Positions 25,761 through 39,395 of a DNA stretch of 64,000 nucleotides are shown piece after piece. A program made the translations under genes and the position numbers. The number at the start of each line of letters is the position of its first letter. Position 1 is the stretch's first letter. This stretch comes from Sphyrna mokarran (taxonomy: Eukaryota), in NCBI GenBank assembly GCA_024679065.1, contig JAGIQG010000006.1:8432001-8496000 (forward strand). Direction: 5' to 3'. The notes beneath the pieces were generated by a model, which made no database searches, was not told where the DNA came from, and saw nothing but the letters and a program-made list of their open reading frames with translations.

Positions 25761-27109
25761 TTTGTATCGTATGTACATATAGCAGCTCCCTCTGGTGGGA
25801 GACTTTGAAAGTGAGGCTGGAACAGGTGAGAGAGAAGACGTGGGTGAGCCTGCAGGAGGGAGGAAGAGGCCAGCAAGCCCATGTGGGCAGTGGTTGGTTT
25901 TGGAAGCTTGTGAGAGGGAAGGGGTGGTAACTGTGCGAGAGCAGTGTGGCTAGTGATGAGGCTTTTGGAGTCAGGGAGGGGGTGTGGAGATCAGTGCACA
26001 TTACCTACTCATGCTGCCAGTTCACATTCTATCCTACTGGAGACTCACTGATATTGAGCTTCCACATGCAGTACTTTATACAACAAACAGCCTGCAATGA
26101 CAACCAAAATTCAGGACAAACCTAGTCCCAGGTCAGCTTGTGGGGTACAAAAGGCCGAATTACAGGACTGTCCCAGAAAATCAGGGATGAGTGTTCATCC
26201 AAATCTATTTTGTGCAAGTGTTCCTTGTTGCTAAACCTGAACTGGATTGCCCCTTGTGTGTATCCTTAACCCAATCACAGTGTGTCCCAAAATCTTTGAT
26301 TTACCATACTGTCAGCAGACAGTAAACACAAACATCCAAACATGAAAAATGTAAAAGCAATGCTTCTTAGTTTTAATTTTGAAGTTGTGAGGATAGAAAC
26401 TGTTATACATTCAGCCAGAGACATTTAGAATTAGAATGACAGGAGCTGTTAAACAAGGATCCTGTCTGCTGGTATACATATAGCCTCAAGTGGACAAAGT
26501 GCATAATGCAATTTTCAATATGCTGCAGCTTTCCTCACTAACCAGGTAAGATAAGCCCCATGGCAACTTCAATTACAGAATCTGACTTGGGGTTTGCAGT
26601 TCATCGACATATATTTTGTGTTCAATCTGTATGTAAATTTCAACCATTCTATCATAGCAACTGGAACCACAGTTTAAAAGCATTTAAGTGGCTGAAAAGT
26701 ACCTTTGGATACCTTGAATTTGTGAATGGTGCAAGTTTTTTGCTTCTAAGTTAAAGAGAGAATATTTTGATGCAATAAATATAAAATCTTAGAAAACCTA
26801 CAGTGCAGAAGGAGGCCGTTTGGCCCATTGAATTGGAACTGACAATAGTCCCATCCAGACCTTATCCCTTCAACCCCACATATTTACACTGCTAATCCCT
26901 TAACTTATGTGTCCCAAGACACTAAGGGGCAATTTAACATCGTTAATGCACCTAACCTGCACATCTTTGGACTGTGGGAGGAAACTGGAGCACCTGGTGG
27001 AAACCCACATAGACATGTGAAAATGTGCATACTTCATACAAACAGTAACCTAAGGCCAGAGGGTAAATAGCTGTCCAGAAAAGAGCAGACACAGACACAG
27101 AGCATTCAG

Positions 27110-27700
27110 AGGATTTTAGTAAGGAACAAGGATGTTTTACTGTGGCTGTACAGAGCTTTGGTGAGGCCACACCAGGAGTAATGTGTGCAATTTCGGTCAC
27201 TACATCCAAGAAAGGATATACTTGGCATCGAGAGAGTGCAGCAAAGGGTCACCAGATTGATTCCTGGAATTGTCATATCAAGAGAGATTGGGTTGATTGA
27301 GCCTGTATTCACTACCACTAAGAAAACATGAGAGGGGATTTAATTGAAACATATGAAATTCTGACAGACTGGATGCAGAGTTGATGTTGCTGTTGGCTGT
27401 GAGGTGTCTAGAAAAAGGGGTCACAGTCTCAGGATTTTTGTGAAGGCCATTTAGGACAGAAGTGAGGAGAAAATGCTTTACTTGGAGGATGGTGAACACG
27501 TGGAATTCTCTATCACAGAAGGCAGTGGAGGCCAAGTCACTGAATATATTTTTGAAGGGCTTAGACTGGATTTCAGAGACATCAAGAGGTACGGGGAGAA
27601 AACAAGTACATGGCTTTGAGATCAAGGATCAGCCATGATCATGTTGAATGGGGAAGCAGCCTCAAGGGACCTAATGGCCTATTCCTGCTCCTATTTTCTA
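27110..27700 (+). mobile_element. old CR1 3' fragment
   Basis: LVRPHQE..VQFRSLHPRKDILGIERVQQRVTRLIPG. Similar old fragments occur at 4520-5095, 14580-14835, 33485-33930, 40770-41345, 55405-56250, 60225-60650 and 61295-61900. Confidence 0.75.
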
Positions 27701-27889
27701 TGCTGCTAAAGTGCGAAAAATGTTTGCTGCTAGAGTTCTGTCCGGTTCTTTCACAATCCTCCTGGAACAATGGCTGCAAATCATTACAAACCCACTTCCT
27801 GCTGTGGTGTGAGAGTGCGTTTCACAGTTTCAGAAAGACATTGCAATGTTAGAAAGCACAGGAAGCTTCTTGGTTTCTCTGTGAACATA

Positions 27890-28420
27890 AAACATAGAAC
27901 AGTACAGCACAGAACAAGCCTTTCGGCCCTCAATGTTGTGCCAAGCTATGTCTAAATCCAAGATCAAGCTATCCAACTCCCTATCATGCTGGTGTGTTCC
28001 ATGTGCCTATCCAATAACTGCTTGAAAGTTCCTAAAGTGTCCATCTCCACTATCACAGCAGGCAGTGTATTCCACACCCCAACCACTCTCTGAGTAAAGA
28101 ATCTACCTCGGACATCCCTCCTATATCTCTCACCATGAACCCTATAGTTATGCCTCTTAGTAACAGCTACATCCAACCGAGGAAATAGTCTCTGCACATC
28201 CACTCTATCTATCCCCCTCATCATTTCATAAACCTCTCGCCTCTCGTCCCCCTCCACTCTAAAGAGAAAAGCCCCAGCTCCCTCAACTTTTCTTCATAAG
28301 ACCTACCCTCCAAACTAGGCAGCATCCTCGTAAACCTCCTCTGCACTCCCCCCAATGCTTCCACATCCTTTTTATAGTGAGGTGACCAGAACTGAACACA
28401 ATATTCCAAATGTGATCTCA
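27890..28420 (-). mobile_element. CR1 3' fragment
   Basis: [34 protein letters not shown]; ttctatg tail. Confidence 0.9.
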
Positions 28421-30024
28421 TCAAACTCTCTGACAGTTTTCCACCGTTCATTCACATCTTTTCTCATCCAATTTTGCTAGCACAACCTACTTGTAATTAC
28501 TTCAATCAGCCCATTGAAGTTGACCTATTAGAATATGAATTCTCTGAATGAAGTCCAATGGACGGGCCAATTGGGCAGTCTTTACCTTGCACTTAATCGG
28601 GTGTGTCAGTTCCTCTGACACCCCTGGGGATAGACTACTAACTGTTTACACTGTGTTAGAACTTGTAAAGAAAAAGATTTTGGTGAAGGACCTTCTACTC
28701 CCGAAGACTTATTACACCACTATTCAATCCTCACACTTGCCTATCTTGTCTTTCTTCAGATGCATTGATAATCTCCTCTGCTCGCAACATCCTCCACAAG
28801 TCTCTCACAGCTGCTAAAAGAGAACTTCACAATTGGAATACCTTCAACTCACAAGTGAAAAGAATCAGTGATAACACCACAGGTGCTGCTACTGAGTCAC
28901 AGAGCTTTACAGCATGGAAAGAGGCCCTTCAGCCCATCTGTGCCAGCATCAAGCACCTACCTATTCTATTTCTGCCTGCCTTTGACAATATACTTGCCAT
29001 AGAGAGGATGCAGCGAAGGTTTGCTGCAAGGTCCTGTCTGCTTTCTCAGGCAGAAATAAAGGATCCCATGGCCACAATTTCATAGAAGATGTTCTTCTTC
29101 CCATTTATCACTAGAGGTGTTATTACGCTTCCTACTTCCATATAGATGATGCTGGGCCAATTTCTCCCAAATGTTCAGAAATCCCTCTGCCGCCTCTACC
29201 TTTAACCCTTTCACTGGACACAATTATTAATATGGCTACTGTTCTCCATCACAAATATTAGTATGGATATTATTCTCCCTCAACAATGGTGCAAGGAGTA
29301 CACATAATAATATTGAGAGTGTGACAGAAGGGGCAGAGTGTACTAACATAACACTGCACCTGCAAATAATGTCAAAGTAAGGAAAAATGATGAAAGAAAC
29401 AGACTTAAAGGCTTTTTGTTAGAATGCTCAGAGAGTTCGTGATAAGATGGATGAATTTATAGCACAAATTGAAATAAGTGAGTTTGATGTGACAGTCATT
29501 ACAGAAACTTGGTTACAAAGTGACCATGATCCAGACCTGAATATTCAAGAGTTTTTGACATTTCAGGAGGTTAAGAAGAAAGGAAAAAGAGGTGACGTAG
29601 CTCTATTAACAGTAGTAAGAAATGATCTTGGTTCAGAAGACAACATTTTAGATTCATTAGGCAATCAAGTACACTAGGGGCTGACTGGTTGGATTGCAAT
29701 CTTGACATTGACCTCAATTCTGGATTGGGAATCCGCGATGTCAGCCATGATCTTCCCAGAGGAAGATCATGGCTGATTCTAATCAGCAATCTGTGACTGT
29801 CTGTGTCGATATGAGTGCTATTGCAGACCAGAACACTGCATTTGCCTGACGAAGGCCATAATGTCGAAAGCTCACGAATTTACTATCAAATAAATTGGTT
29901 GGATTTAAAATTGGTGTTGTGAAACTTTACTGAGTTTTTCCCAGAGGAAGCCAGTTAAGAAGCAGGTACTGGGACCAATGTCCAATTAAGGATAGTGGGC
30001 AGACTATGGAAATGGAATGCCCAA

Positions 30025-30570
30025 GATGGCAGCACAGTGACACAGTAGCTTAATACTACTGTCTCATAGTGCCAGGGGGCTGGGTTCAATTCTGGCTTCA
30101 GGTCACTGTCAGTATGGAGTTTACACATTCTCCTTGTGTCTGTGTGGGTTTTCTCCAGGTGCTCCAGTTTTCTCCCACAGTCAAAAGATGTGTGGCTTTG
30201 GTTGATTGGCCATGATAAATTGCCCTGTGGTGTCAGAGAGATTAGCAAGGGTTACAGGGATAGAGCCTGGATGGGATTGTTTAGTTTCTTTATTAGTCAC
30301 AAGTAGGCTAACATTAACACTGCAATGAAGTTACTGTGAAAATCCCCTAGTCACCACACTCCGGTGTTTATTCGGGTACATTGAGAGAGAATTTAGTATG
30401 GCCAATGCACTAATTAGCATGCCTTCCAGACATGGGAGGAAACCCATGCACCCGGAGGAAACCTTCACAGACACAGGGAGAACATGTAGCTCGACACAGC
30501 TAGTCACCCAAGCTGGGAATCAAACGCAGATCCCTGGCACTGTGAGAAAGCAGTGTTAACCACTGTGTAC
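30025..30570. mobile_element. two tail-to-tail V-SINE-like copies (30025-30280 +, 30283-30570 -)
   Basis: tRNA-like heads at both outer ends; V-domain in both copies. Confidence 0.8.
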
Positions 30571-30811
30571 CATATTAATGAGCCTAATTGTCTACCTGTC
30601 ACCACCTCAGTGACCCAAACTCCCACAAAGTCACTCGAATACAGGAACGAGTTGGGTTGGGCTGTCCAAGGGACTATTTTGCATTGTTTCCAGTTCCTCT
30701 TTCCCACCCCACTTCCAGTCCCATACTCAAGTCCCCTGTTCTTGCCATCCCTACATTTCCTATATTTGAAAGATGTCTCTTTATATCCATACACCCGAAA
30801 CTTTCAAGATT

Positions 30812-32291
30812 AGAGAAAATGATCATTGTGGTAAAACATTGAATCAAACACGACAGCTTCAGTTATCGGCAGAGAGGAGTTGGAATTTCAAGGTTAAATG
30901 ATTTGACTTGTCTCATATTGGTGACAGTGAATGGTGTAATATAGGTTCTTTAGATGTCTGAATGATGAAATCTTGAGACCTGTCTATTTGAAAATGAACT
31001 ATTTATTGTTAATCTTTATCAACAGAACCCAGGTAGTACTTTGGCTTGCTGGTATGCTGCATTCAGAGAGTTCTCTCTGTCTGTCTTACCATGTGACTCT
31101 ATACATCATACTACAGTATGATGCACAGTGACAGTAATGGGAAGATGGTTGTGTTTGTGGAGAGTCAGTCAATTCAGATCCAGGACATCTTTGCAGGAGT
31201 TCTTCAGGGTAGTGCTCTGGGCCCTACAATTTTCAGCTGCTTCATCAATGACCTTCCCCCCATCATAAAACCAGAAATGGGAATGTTTGCCAATGATTGC
31301 ACAATATTCAGCACCATTCGCGACTCCTCAGATACAGAAGCAGCCCATATTCAAAAGCAACAAGATCTGGACAATATCCAGGCTTGGGCTGACAAGTGGC
31401 AAGTAACGTTCATCCCACACAAATGTCAGGCAATGACTATCACCAATAAGTGACACTCTAACCATTGCCCAACTAGGGAAGGACAATAAATGCTGGCCAG
31501 TCAGTGACGCCCATGTTCCATGAATGAATAAAAAAAAGACAAGATCATAGGGGTTGTGAGAGACTGACTAATCAGGAATGTGGGTTTTTTGGCTTCCTTG
31601 TAACTGGATGAAGGCTGAACCAGGTTATACCACCCCAACAGGCGTCACAGTGGAGGGACGTGTATGCAGATTAAGCTCCTCCAGAACTGGGATTTTCAGG
31701 GTATTCAGTAAGGAGCCAACAAAAGATAAAATGGGCTAATGAAGACACCTCACTCATGCTGCACAAACTGGATGGGGACATGTAGAGCATAAACCAAAGA
31801 TCATGACCTTCTACTCAGCTGAAAACACATAACATAACCTACAAGCACACATTAAAAACCATTGCTCAGATACTGCTGTCAAATCTCATTTATATCAAAT
31901 AAAAATATGTAATCACTGTTATGATATTGTGTGCATGCCACTGTAAAAGTGCTCAGCAGAGCAAGGGTTAATGTGAGATTGGAAAATGGCACCAGCCATG
32001 ATATGATGTATAGTCACATGGTAAGACAGGCAGAGAGAACTCTCTTTATACCAGCATGACAACAACACTACCTGGGTTCTGTTCATAAAGATTAACAATA
32101 AATGGTTCATTTTTAAATAGATAAATCTCAAGATTTCATCATTCAGACATCTAAAGAACCTATATTACAGCATTCACTGTCACCAATATGAGACAAGTCA
32201 AATCATTTAACCTTGAAATTCCAACTCCTCTCTGCTAGTAATTGAAGCTGTCGTGTTTGATTCGATGTTTTACCACAATGATCATTTTCTC
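30812..32291. repeat. ~300-bp inverted duplication (30812-31110 / 32002-32291)
   Basis: Arms are reverse complements with long identical runs, e.g. gttggaatttcaaggttaaatgatttgacttgtctcatattggtgacagtgaatg. Confidence 0.92.
31140..31536 (+). mobile_element. internally deleted LINE fragment (same family)
   Basis: QGSALGPTIFSCFINDLP..MFANDC joined to the 3' tail gacgcccatgttccatgaatgaataaaaaaa. Confidence 0.85.
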
Positions 32292-33291
32292 TGATGTTGA
32301 ATATTTCTCTTCCTGTTCAGTTTTGACTCCATGTTCACCCAGGATGCGAAATCTGAGCCAATCTGTGGCAAGTGATAATCTTCTCTTTACTAAGCTTTCT
32401 AACTCCCTGTCAAAAATTCGGCCTTGTGAGAGCCCCAAGCTTACGATCAACTATAGATACACTTCAGCCACTAGATGGTGGTGTGGCATCACCTATTATT
32501 CAGCAACTATCCACCAATGATTCTATTTAATTGTCCATCAAAATAGATTTTCCACTCTTTTCCAATCCTTGCCAAGTAGAAAACAGACCATCAGCAGTAA
32601 GAAGTAGAGAAGGAAACCCTGTCTGGTCAACTCTCTGCTCATCAGCTCCTTGGGTGAAATTTTACGGCCCTGCTCAACCTGACGCCAGAAAATCCCACCC
32701 AAGTTCAATGGACCCTCCCATTGTCTGCCCCTCACCCATTCCGATTCCCATGATGGATGGGCCAGTAGAATTCCGATGCATCTTTCTGGTCTCATTTCTG
32801 TTGGTCAATGGAAAACTTCACACACCCTTTGGTATTCACTCCAGGCTAGTGCATTAAATCCTATATCCCCATTCAAAACCCTTGAATACCTCAGCCTTCA
32901 ATGCACATTGTCAATTGTAGAGAAGGCCTTAGCATCAACCAAGCTGGTCTCCACAGTGACCACAGCACAGGGGACAGGTACTGGTCCTAATCAATCACAT
33001 TAAAAACAGCTTTCAGAAAAACCTGAAGGCAGGTGTGGTGTCCCTCGATCTCTCAACCACCTACCACACTGGCCCTCTCCTGAAACTGCTCTCCCACCCA
33101 TCCCCACCCATCCCTTCCTGAGCAACTAAAAGCATCAGAACATTGTTGAACAATTGATGGTTCGGAGTTCACCTTCGAAAGGCAAAAATACTTTGACAGG
33201 TTAAATTGACAGCACAACTATGACTAGTGGCAGTCAACATGGGGAAAACACAAGGCTCTTTACTTCCTGAGAGAAACAAATCAGGGAGATT

Positions 33292-33419
33292 GACCAGAAT
33301 TCTCCGGTCCCCATTGTCATTGCCAGTGAGGATGGAGAACTCAGTGCTCAGACAAATCTCTGTTCACAGCAGCGAGAGTGGATAATCCCAGTCACAGGCA
33401 AGGTCGGAAAATTCTGGCC
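33292..33419. mobile_element. 128-bp MITE
   Basis: TIRs GACCAGAATTCTCCG / CGGAAAATTCTGGCC. Related elements at about 32651-32776, 37903-38031 and 51195-51465. Confidence 0.6.
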
Positions 33420-34478
33420 AATATTTTCTAAACAGCGAGAAACTTGGTGCTACAGAGAAACAGAAGGATTAACGGGTCCAAGAATCATAGAATCACAGAA
33501 TCATACAGTGCAGAAGAGGCCCTTTGGCCCATCAAGTCTGCATTGACACATTAGAAGCACCTGAACTCCCACCTAATCCCGTTTACCAGCACTTGACCCA
33601 TCGAATGTTATGATGAGCCAGGTGCTCATCCAAGCACTTCACCGCCCTCCCAGGCAGCACATTCCAGACCATCCACTCACCCTCTGGGTAGAAAAGGTTT
33701 TCCTCGTATTCCCTTCCCCAAACCTCCTGCCCCTCATCTTGAACCTATGTCCGATTGTGACTGATTCTTCAACTGCCCATTTGACCATCCTATCTATATC
33801 TTCTTGTAGCCCACTTTTAGCCACCTGGCCAATCTTTGTGTCATCTGCAAACTTACTAATCCTTCCCCTTACATTGTCATCAATGTCATTTATATCAATG
33901 ATGAATAATAGGGAGCCCAACACAGATCTCTGTGATACAGATAGAGGGGTTGTGGCAGAGGTAAACTATGATTTGATTGAATGGTGAATCAGACTCCAGA
34001 AGCTGATAGTCTCAGTCCGGTTCTTATGTTCTGATAAATCCATTTTAATGAAGCGAGATAAATCTCCTCTGAAACCCATTGTGCTCATTCTGATCTCCAG
34101 CACCATAAAACCGTAATGTAAACTTCAATACTTCCACAGTAATGTCATTACAGTATTAATATAAGCCTCCTTATCACACTAATAAAGAAACATTAAATAT
34201 AAAATATTTAAGATATCTTGCTCTTCTAATGTTGGATAAAGACAGCTCCTGAAGACTTTGAAATGGAGAATGAGGATGAACAAAGAGACAGTCTGGCGTT
34301 GATTGGTAGGTCACTGATAGGTCTACACAGGACTCACTGGGAGAACTCCTAATCTTTATCCTCTGTTTTCTGTGTGATTGTATTCATGTGTCAGAAAAAA
34401 TTCTAAAGAACTTTGGAATGGCACTGTGTTTGTGGATCAAATAGCTGTAAGGTTGGGGATAATGGTAATAGCAATATT

Positions 34479-35310
34479 GAACATAGAACATAGAACATTA
34501 CAGCACAGAACAGGCCCTTCGGCCTTCGATGTTGTGCCGACCAAAATAAAAAGCAATGCCCCTCCAAACTAAACCATTCCCTTCTCTTCCATATACTTAT
34601 CAATTAACCTCTTAAACGCCACCAAACTTGGCGCATCTACAACAGCTGCAGGCAGGGCATTCCACTCCCTAATCACTCTTTGAGTAAAGAACCTACCTCT
34701 GATATCCGTCCTATAACTCATACCCCTTAATTTAAAGCTGTGTCCCCTCGTGCTAGCTTTCTCCATCCTAGGAAAAAGGCTATCACTGTCCACCCTATCT
34801 AAACCTCTAATCATCTTATATGCTTCAATAAGATCCCCTCTTAGCCGCCTCCTTTCTAACGAAAACAACCTCAAATCCTTCAACCTCTCTTCATAGGACC
34901 TGCCCTCCATACCAGGCAACATCCTGGTAAACCTCCTCTGTACCCTCTCCAATGCCTCCACATCTTTCTTATAATGTGGCGACCAGAACTGCACACAATA
35001 CTCCAAGTGCGGCCGCACTAGAGTTTTGTACAGTTGCAACATGATGCTGCGGCTCCTAAATTCAATCCCCCTACCAATAAAAGCTAAGACTCCATATGCC
35101 TTCTTAACAACTTTATCCACTTGACTGCCTACTTTCAGGGATCTATTGACACATACACCAAGATCCTTCTGTTCCTCAACACTATTAAGAGCCCTACCAT
35201 TAGCCCTATACTCTACACATTTATTGTTCCTGCCAAAGTGCATTACCTCACACTTTTCCACATTAAACTCCATTTGCCACCTCTCGGCCCAGCTCTGCAA
35301 CTTGTCCACG
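34479..35310 (-). mobile_element. young 5'-truncated CR1
   Basis: ORF 34569-35366 encodes an intact ORF2 C-terminus; (TTCTATG)n tail. Confidence 0.93.
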
Positions 35311-35469
35311 TCCAAGTTGAAGCCTGGACTATTGCTCTGAAGGCAAGTTGTCAACTCCTGCAGCAACAGCTGGGGAATTTAAATTCAATAAATTACAGAA
35401 TCACAAGTTTATTAGTCATAAGTAAGGCTTACATTAACACTGCAATGAAGTTACTGTGAAATTCCTTTA

Positions 35470-35812
35470 GAATTCCCTACAGTGCAGAAGGAGTCCACTC
35501 GGCCCATTGAGTCTGCACTGATCCCTCTGACAGAATATCTTACTCAGACTCTTTCCCTGGAAGCTGATGTATTTACCCGACTAATTCCCCTCACTTGCAC
35601 ATCTTTGGACATTAAGGGGCAAAGTAGCATGGGAATCCACCTAACCTGCACATTTTTGGAGTGTGGGAGAAAACCAGAACACCCAGAGGAAACCCATGCA
35701 GAAATGGTGACAATGTGTGGTCTCTGCACAGACAGTGATCTTAGGCTGAGTCTAACCCCGGTTCCTGGTGCTGTGAGGCAGCAGTGGTAACCAATATGCC
35801 ACTGTGCTGCCT
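35470..35812 (-). mobile_element. V-SINE-like SINE with CR1-like tail
   Basis: Head ggcagcacagtggcatattggttaccactgctgcctcacagc; V-domain; tail ..ccttctgcactgtagggaattcta. Confidence 0.8.
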
Positions 35813-38084
35813 TGGAATAAAAAGTTAGTCTCTGCAACAGAGACATAAGGAGAAATCTTTTCACGCAGAGTGAGAATGGATGTGATTTTTAAAAATAGTT
35901 TTGAGGAATATTGTGTTCTCCTGTGAAGAAGTGTGTGAAGGTTATTCTGTGCTTGTGTGCGTGCAAATACTTTAAGTAAGGTTATTAGAGACAGGCTGTC
36001 TGGGAGGTTCAAGCCATGAAAGGAAACAGGCATTAAGTTTGAGCATTTGTTGTGAGATTTAATGGTGGGTTTGTGCTATAAGTACATAGGTTGGATCTAA
36101 CAGTTACACTTTTAGATAAGGTGAAAGTTTGTCTGAACATCAAAGGGAAGTCAGAAGTAACAAGAAACCTCTTTGCATCGTATCAGAATTCCACAGATAA
36201 ACAGATGAGGGTACATTAACTTTATTAATCCGAAAGCAGAGACAAAATTAAAACATGGAAGATTTTATATTGGAAGGATCTGAGTTTCAAAGAGGTGTGA
36301 AAGTAATGGAACCAGACATGAAAGATAGTGGGGCATTGGGGGCAAGTGGGGGGAGTGGGTAAGGGGGTAGGACAGGTGTGCGGTGGGGAGCTGGAGGGGG
36401 CAATATGTTAGACTTACTGTGGAACACATAGGGGCTAGCTGTATGAGGAATATTTCCTACAAACAGCTCTAGGTTGGAATCTGGTGTAAACTTTGAATCC
36501 AGTCAAGCCAGAAAAGTATTTCCGAAGGTTTCCTGGATTTCCACAGCAGAGTGGGGATGATTTTGAGAGATCATGTGATATACGGTATTAAAGTGACAAC
36601 AGCTTTGCCTTGGGTAATATTGCTGGATTTTTACAGCTAAACATCTAAAAGTGAGTGTTGCCTAGGTTGTGATTAGCTGTGAGTCTTTTTGGGGAAATAT
36701 TTTGTGAGACTATTTTTAACCATGTAACTGTAATGTTTCATTTCATTTTAATTTTTAAATCCCAAAAGTGTTCCTCGATTTTGTGCTCTGAGATTAGTAC
36801 ATTTCTTCTCATCACAAAATAAAAAGATATGGTCCAGTAACCAAACATCCCCTGGAATTTGATTTACTCAGCAATTAACATCTGCTGTGGTCATAGTATA
36901 GAATGGGTGGTCAGGATCTGGGAAGCACATCTTGAGAGAATCCAGGAATTCAAGAACGAATTGGATTATTATTTGAAAAGGAAGAATGTGCAGGTTGCGG
37001 AGAGAAGATCAGGGAATGGCACCTACCGAATCATTCCTTCGTGGGGGCCAGCAGAGACACATTAGCCAAATAGTCTCCGTCTAAGCTGTAACAATTCTGT
37101 GATAATAATCATAAATGTATCACATTGTTGTAAAAACAATCCACTTTGTGTACTAATGTTGTTTAGGAAAGGAAATATGCCAATGGTACCTGGTCTATAA
37201 GTGACTTCATCCACAATAGCCTGGGAAAGCAACTCAATTGTATAGGGATGGGTGATGGTTGCTGGGTTTGCCAAAAATGCCACACTCTGACAATTTATTA
37301 ATAACTTCACCCAGAGTGTTAGAATGTTGAATTCACTGTCACAAGAAGTAGGCAAATCACAAAGAAACCTCTCCAAAGAGGCTAGATAAGCATGTGTGGG
37401 AGAAAAGAGTAGAAAACTCTGTTGACTGTTTTTATTCTTCCATGGGATAAGGGGTTCGCTGGCAAGTCTAGCATTTGTTGTCCATCCCTAATTACACTTG
37501 AACTGAGTGTCTTGCTCATTTCAGAGGATGGTTAAGAGTCAACTACATTGCTGTAACTCTGGAGTACCACGTAAGCCAGACCAGGTAAAGATGGCAACTT
37601 TCCTTCCCGAAAGGACTTAAGTGAACCAGATTGGTTTTTAACAATCAATGATCAACTATCCAATGATGATTATCATGGTGACCATTACTGAGACCAGCTT
37701 TCAATTCCAGATGTTATTAATTAAACTTAAATTCCATCAGCCGCAACTGTGATTGCAGGATTGAAATTTCTGTTCTCAGAGTATGAATCCAGGCCTGTGG
37801 ATTACATCAGCATTGCACTACCATCTACCCCCAGTTACATTCAGCGTCTGCAAAATTCAACGTAATCCTGGTTTTTCAAGTAGTGGAGGAGTCTTGACAC
37901 TTTGGCCAGAATTCCACCACCTCACCTGTCCAGAATTGGAATGGGTGAGGATCCAACAACAGAAATCTCTGTTGGGAAATCTCAGGCGGGAGTTTCTGGT
38001 CTCATCTCAGCAAGGCCATAGAATCCCGGTCCTCTGTATCTCAGTGTGAGGTAGCGGTGTTTTGATGAGATGCTAAAGGCTGAT

Positions 38085-38442
38085 TGGTGATGACCTAGTG
38101 ATATTATCGCTAGACTATTAATCCAAAAAACTCAGCTAATGTTCTGAGAACCCGGATTCAAATCCCACCAGGGCAGATAGTGAAATTTGAATTCAATGAA
38201 AAAAATCTGAAATGAAGAATCTACTGATGATCATGAAATCATTGCCGATTGTCAGAAAAACCCACAGATTCATTAACATCCTTTAGGGAAGGAAGTCTGC
38301 TGTCCTTAGCTGATCTGGCTGACATGTGACTCCAGAGCCACAGCAATGTGGTTGACTCTCAATTGTCCTCAGGCAACTAGAGATGGGCAATAAATGTTGA
38401 CCAAACAGCAATGTCCATGGCCCATGAATGAACTAAAAAAAA
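38085..38442 (+). mobile_element. SacSINE1/Deu-like tRNA-derived SINE
   Basis: tRNA head (tagtg..ggattcaaatcccacc); central ctttagggaaggaagtctgc; tail gggcaataaatgttg..cccatgaatgaa. Minus-strand copies at about 37430-37825, 40400-40740 and 9345-9480. Confidence 0.75.
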
Positions 38443-38534
38443 GGTTGCTGGCCGGTGTAGAAACAGACTCAGCATGGACTGGGAATAGAATAGTTTCATG
38501 GATATATTGAGTCTGACTTGCATTAAAGTAAATG

Positions 38535-39395
38535 TTACACAAAATGAAAAGTAGAACTGGACTGGCCATATAAATACTGTGGCTACCAGAGCAGTCATGA
38601 TGTAGAGATGCTGGTGTTGGACTGGGGTGAACACAGTAAGAAGTCTGACAACACCAGGTTTAAGTCCAACCAATTTATTTATATGTGCTGTCATTCACCT
38701 GACGAGAGATGGTCAAAACACCTTGAAAGCCTGTGAGTTTACTATCAAATAAATCAGTTGGACTTAAAACTGGTGTTGTCAAACTTCTTACTGCGGCTAC
38801 CAGAGCAGGTCAGAGGCTAGGAATACTGCAGCGACTAGCTCACCTCCTGACTTCCCAAGGCCTGTCCACAATGAACAAGTCAGCTGTGTGGTAGGATATT
38901 CCCCACTTGCCCAGATGAGTGCAACTTCAACAATATTCAAGAAGTTTGACATCATCCAGGACAAAACAGCCCATTAGCATTCCATCCACCACCTCTAACA
39001 TTCAATCCCTCCACCACTGACGCTCAGTAGCAGCAGTGTGTACCAATACAAACTGCACTGCAGGAACTCACCAAGGTTCCTTCGACAGCACATTCCAAAC
39101 TCACGATCTCTACCACCTAGAAGTACAAGGGCAGCAGATATCTGGGAACAGCATCATCTGCAAGTTCCCTTCCAAATCACTCACCATCTAAACTTGGAAA
39201 TATATCACTGTTCCTTCACTATCGCTGGATCAAAATCCTTGCATTCCCTAACAGCACTGTGTTTACACCTGCACCACATGGATTGCAGCAGTTCAAGAAG
39301 GCAGCTTATCACCAACTTCTCAAGGGCAATTGGGGATGGGCAATAAATGCTGCCCTAGCCAGAGATGCTCACTTCCCATGCAAGAAGTTTTTAAA
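38535..39395 (+). mobile_element. LINE 3' fragment (same family) interrupted by a Penelope-derived insert
   Basis: Matches 48780-49400 by eye. Confidence 0.8.
38595..38789 (+). mobile_element. miniature fold-back Penelope pLTR insert
   Basis: Inverted arms; TSD ACTG(T/C)GGCTACCAGAGCAG at 38576-38594 and 38790-38808. Confidence 0.85.
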
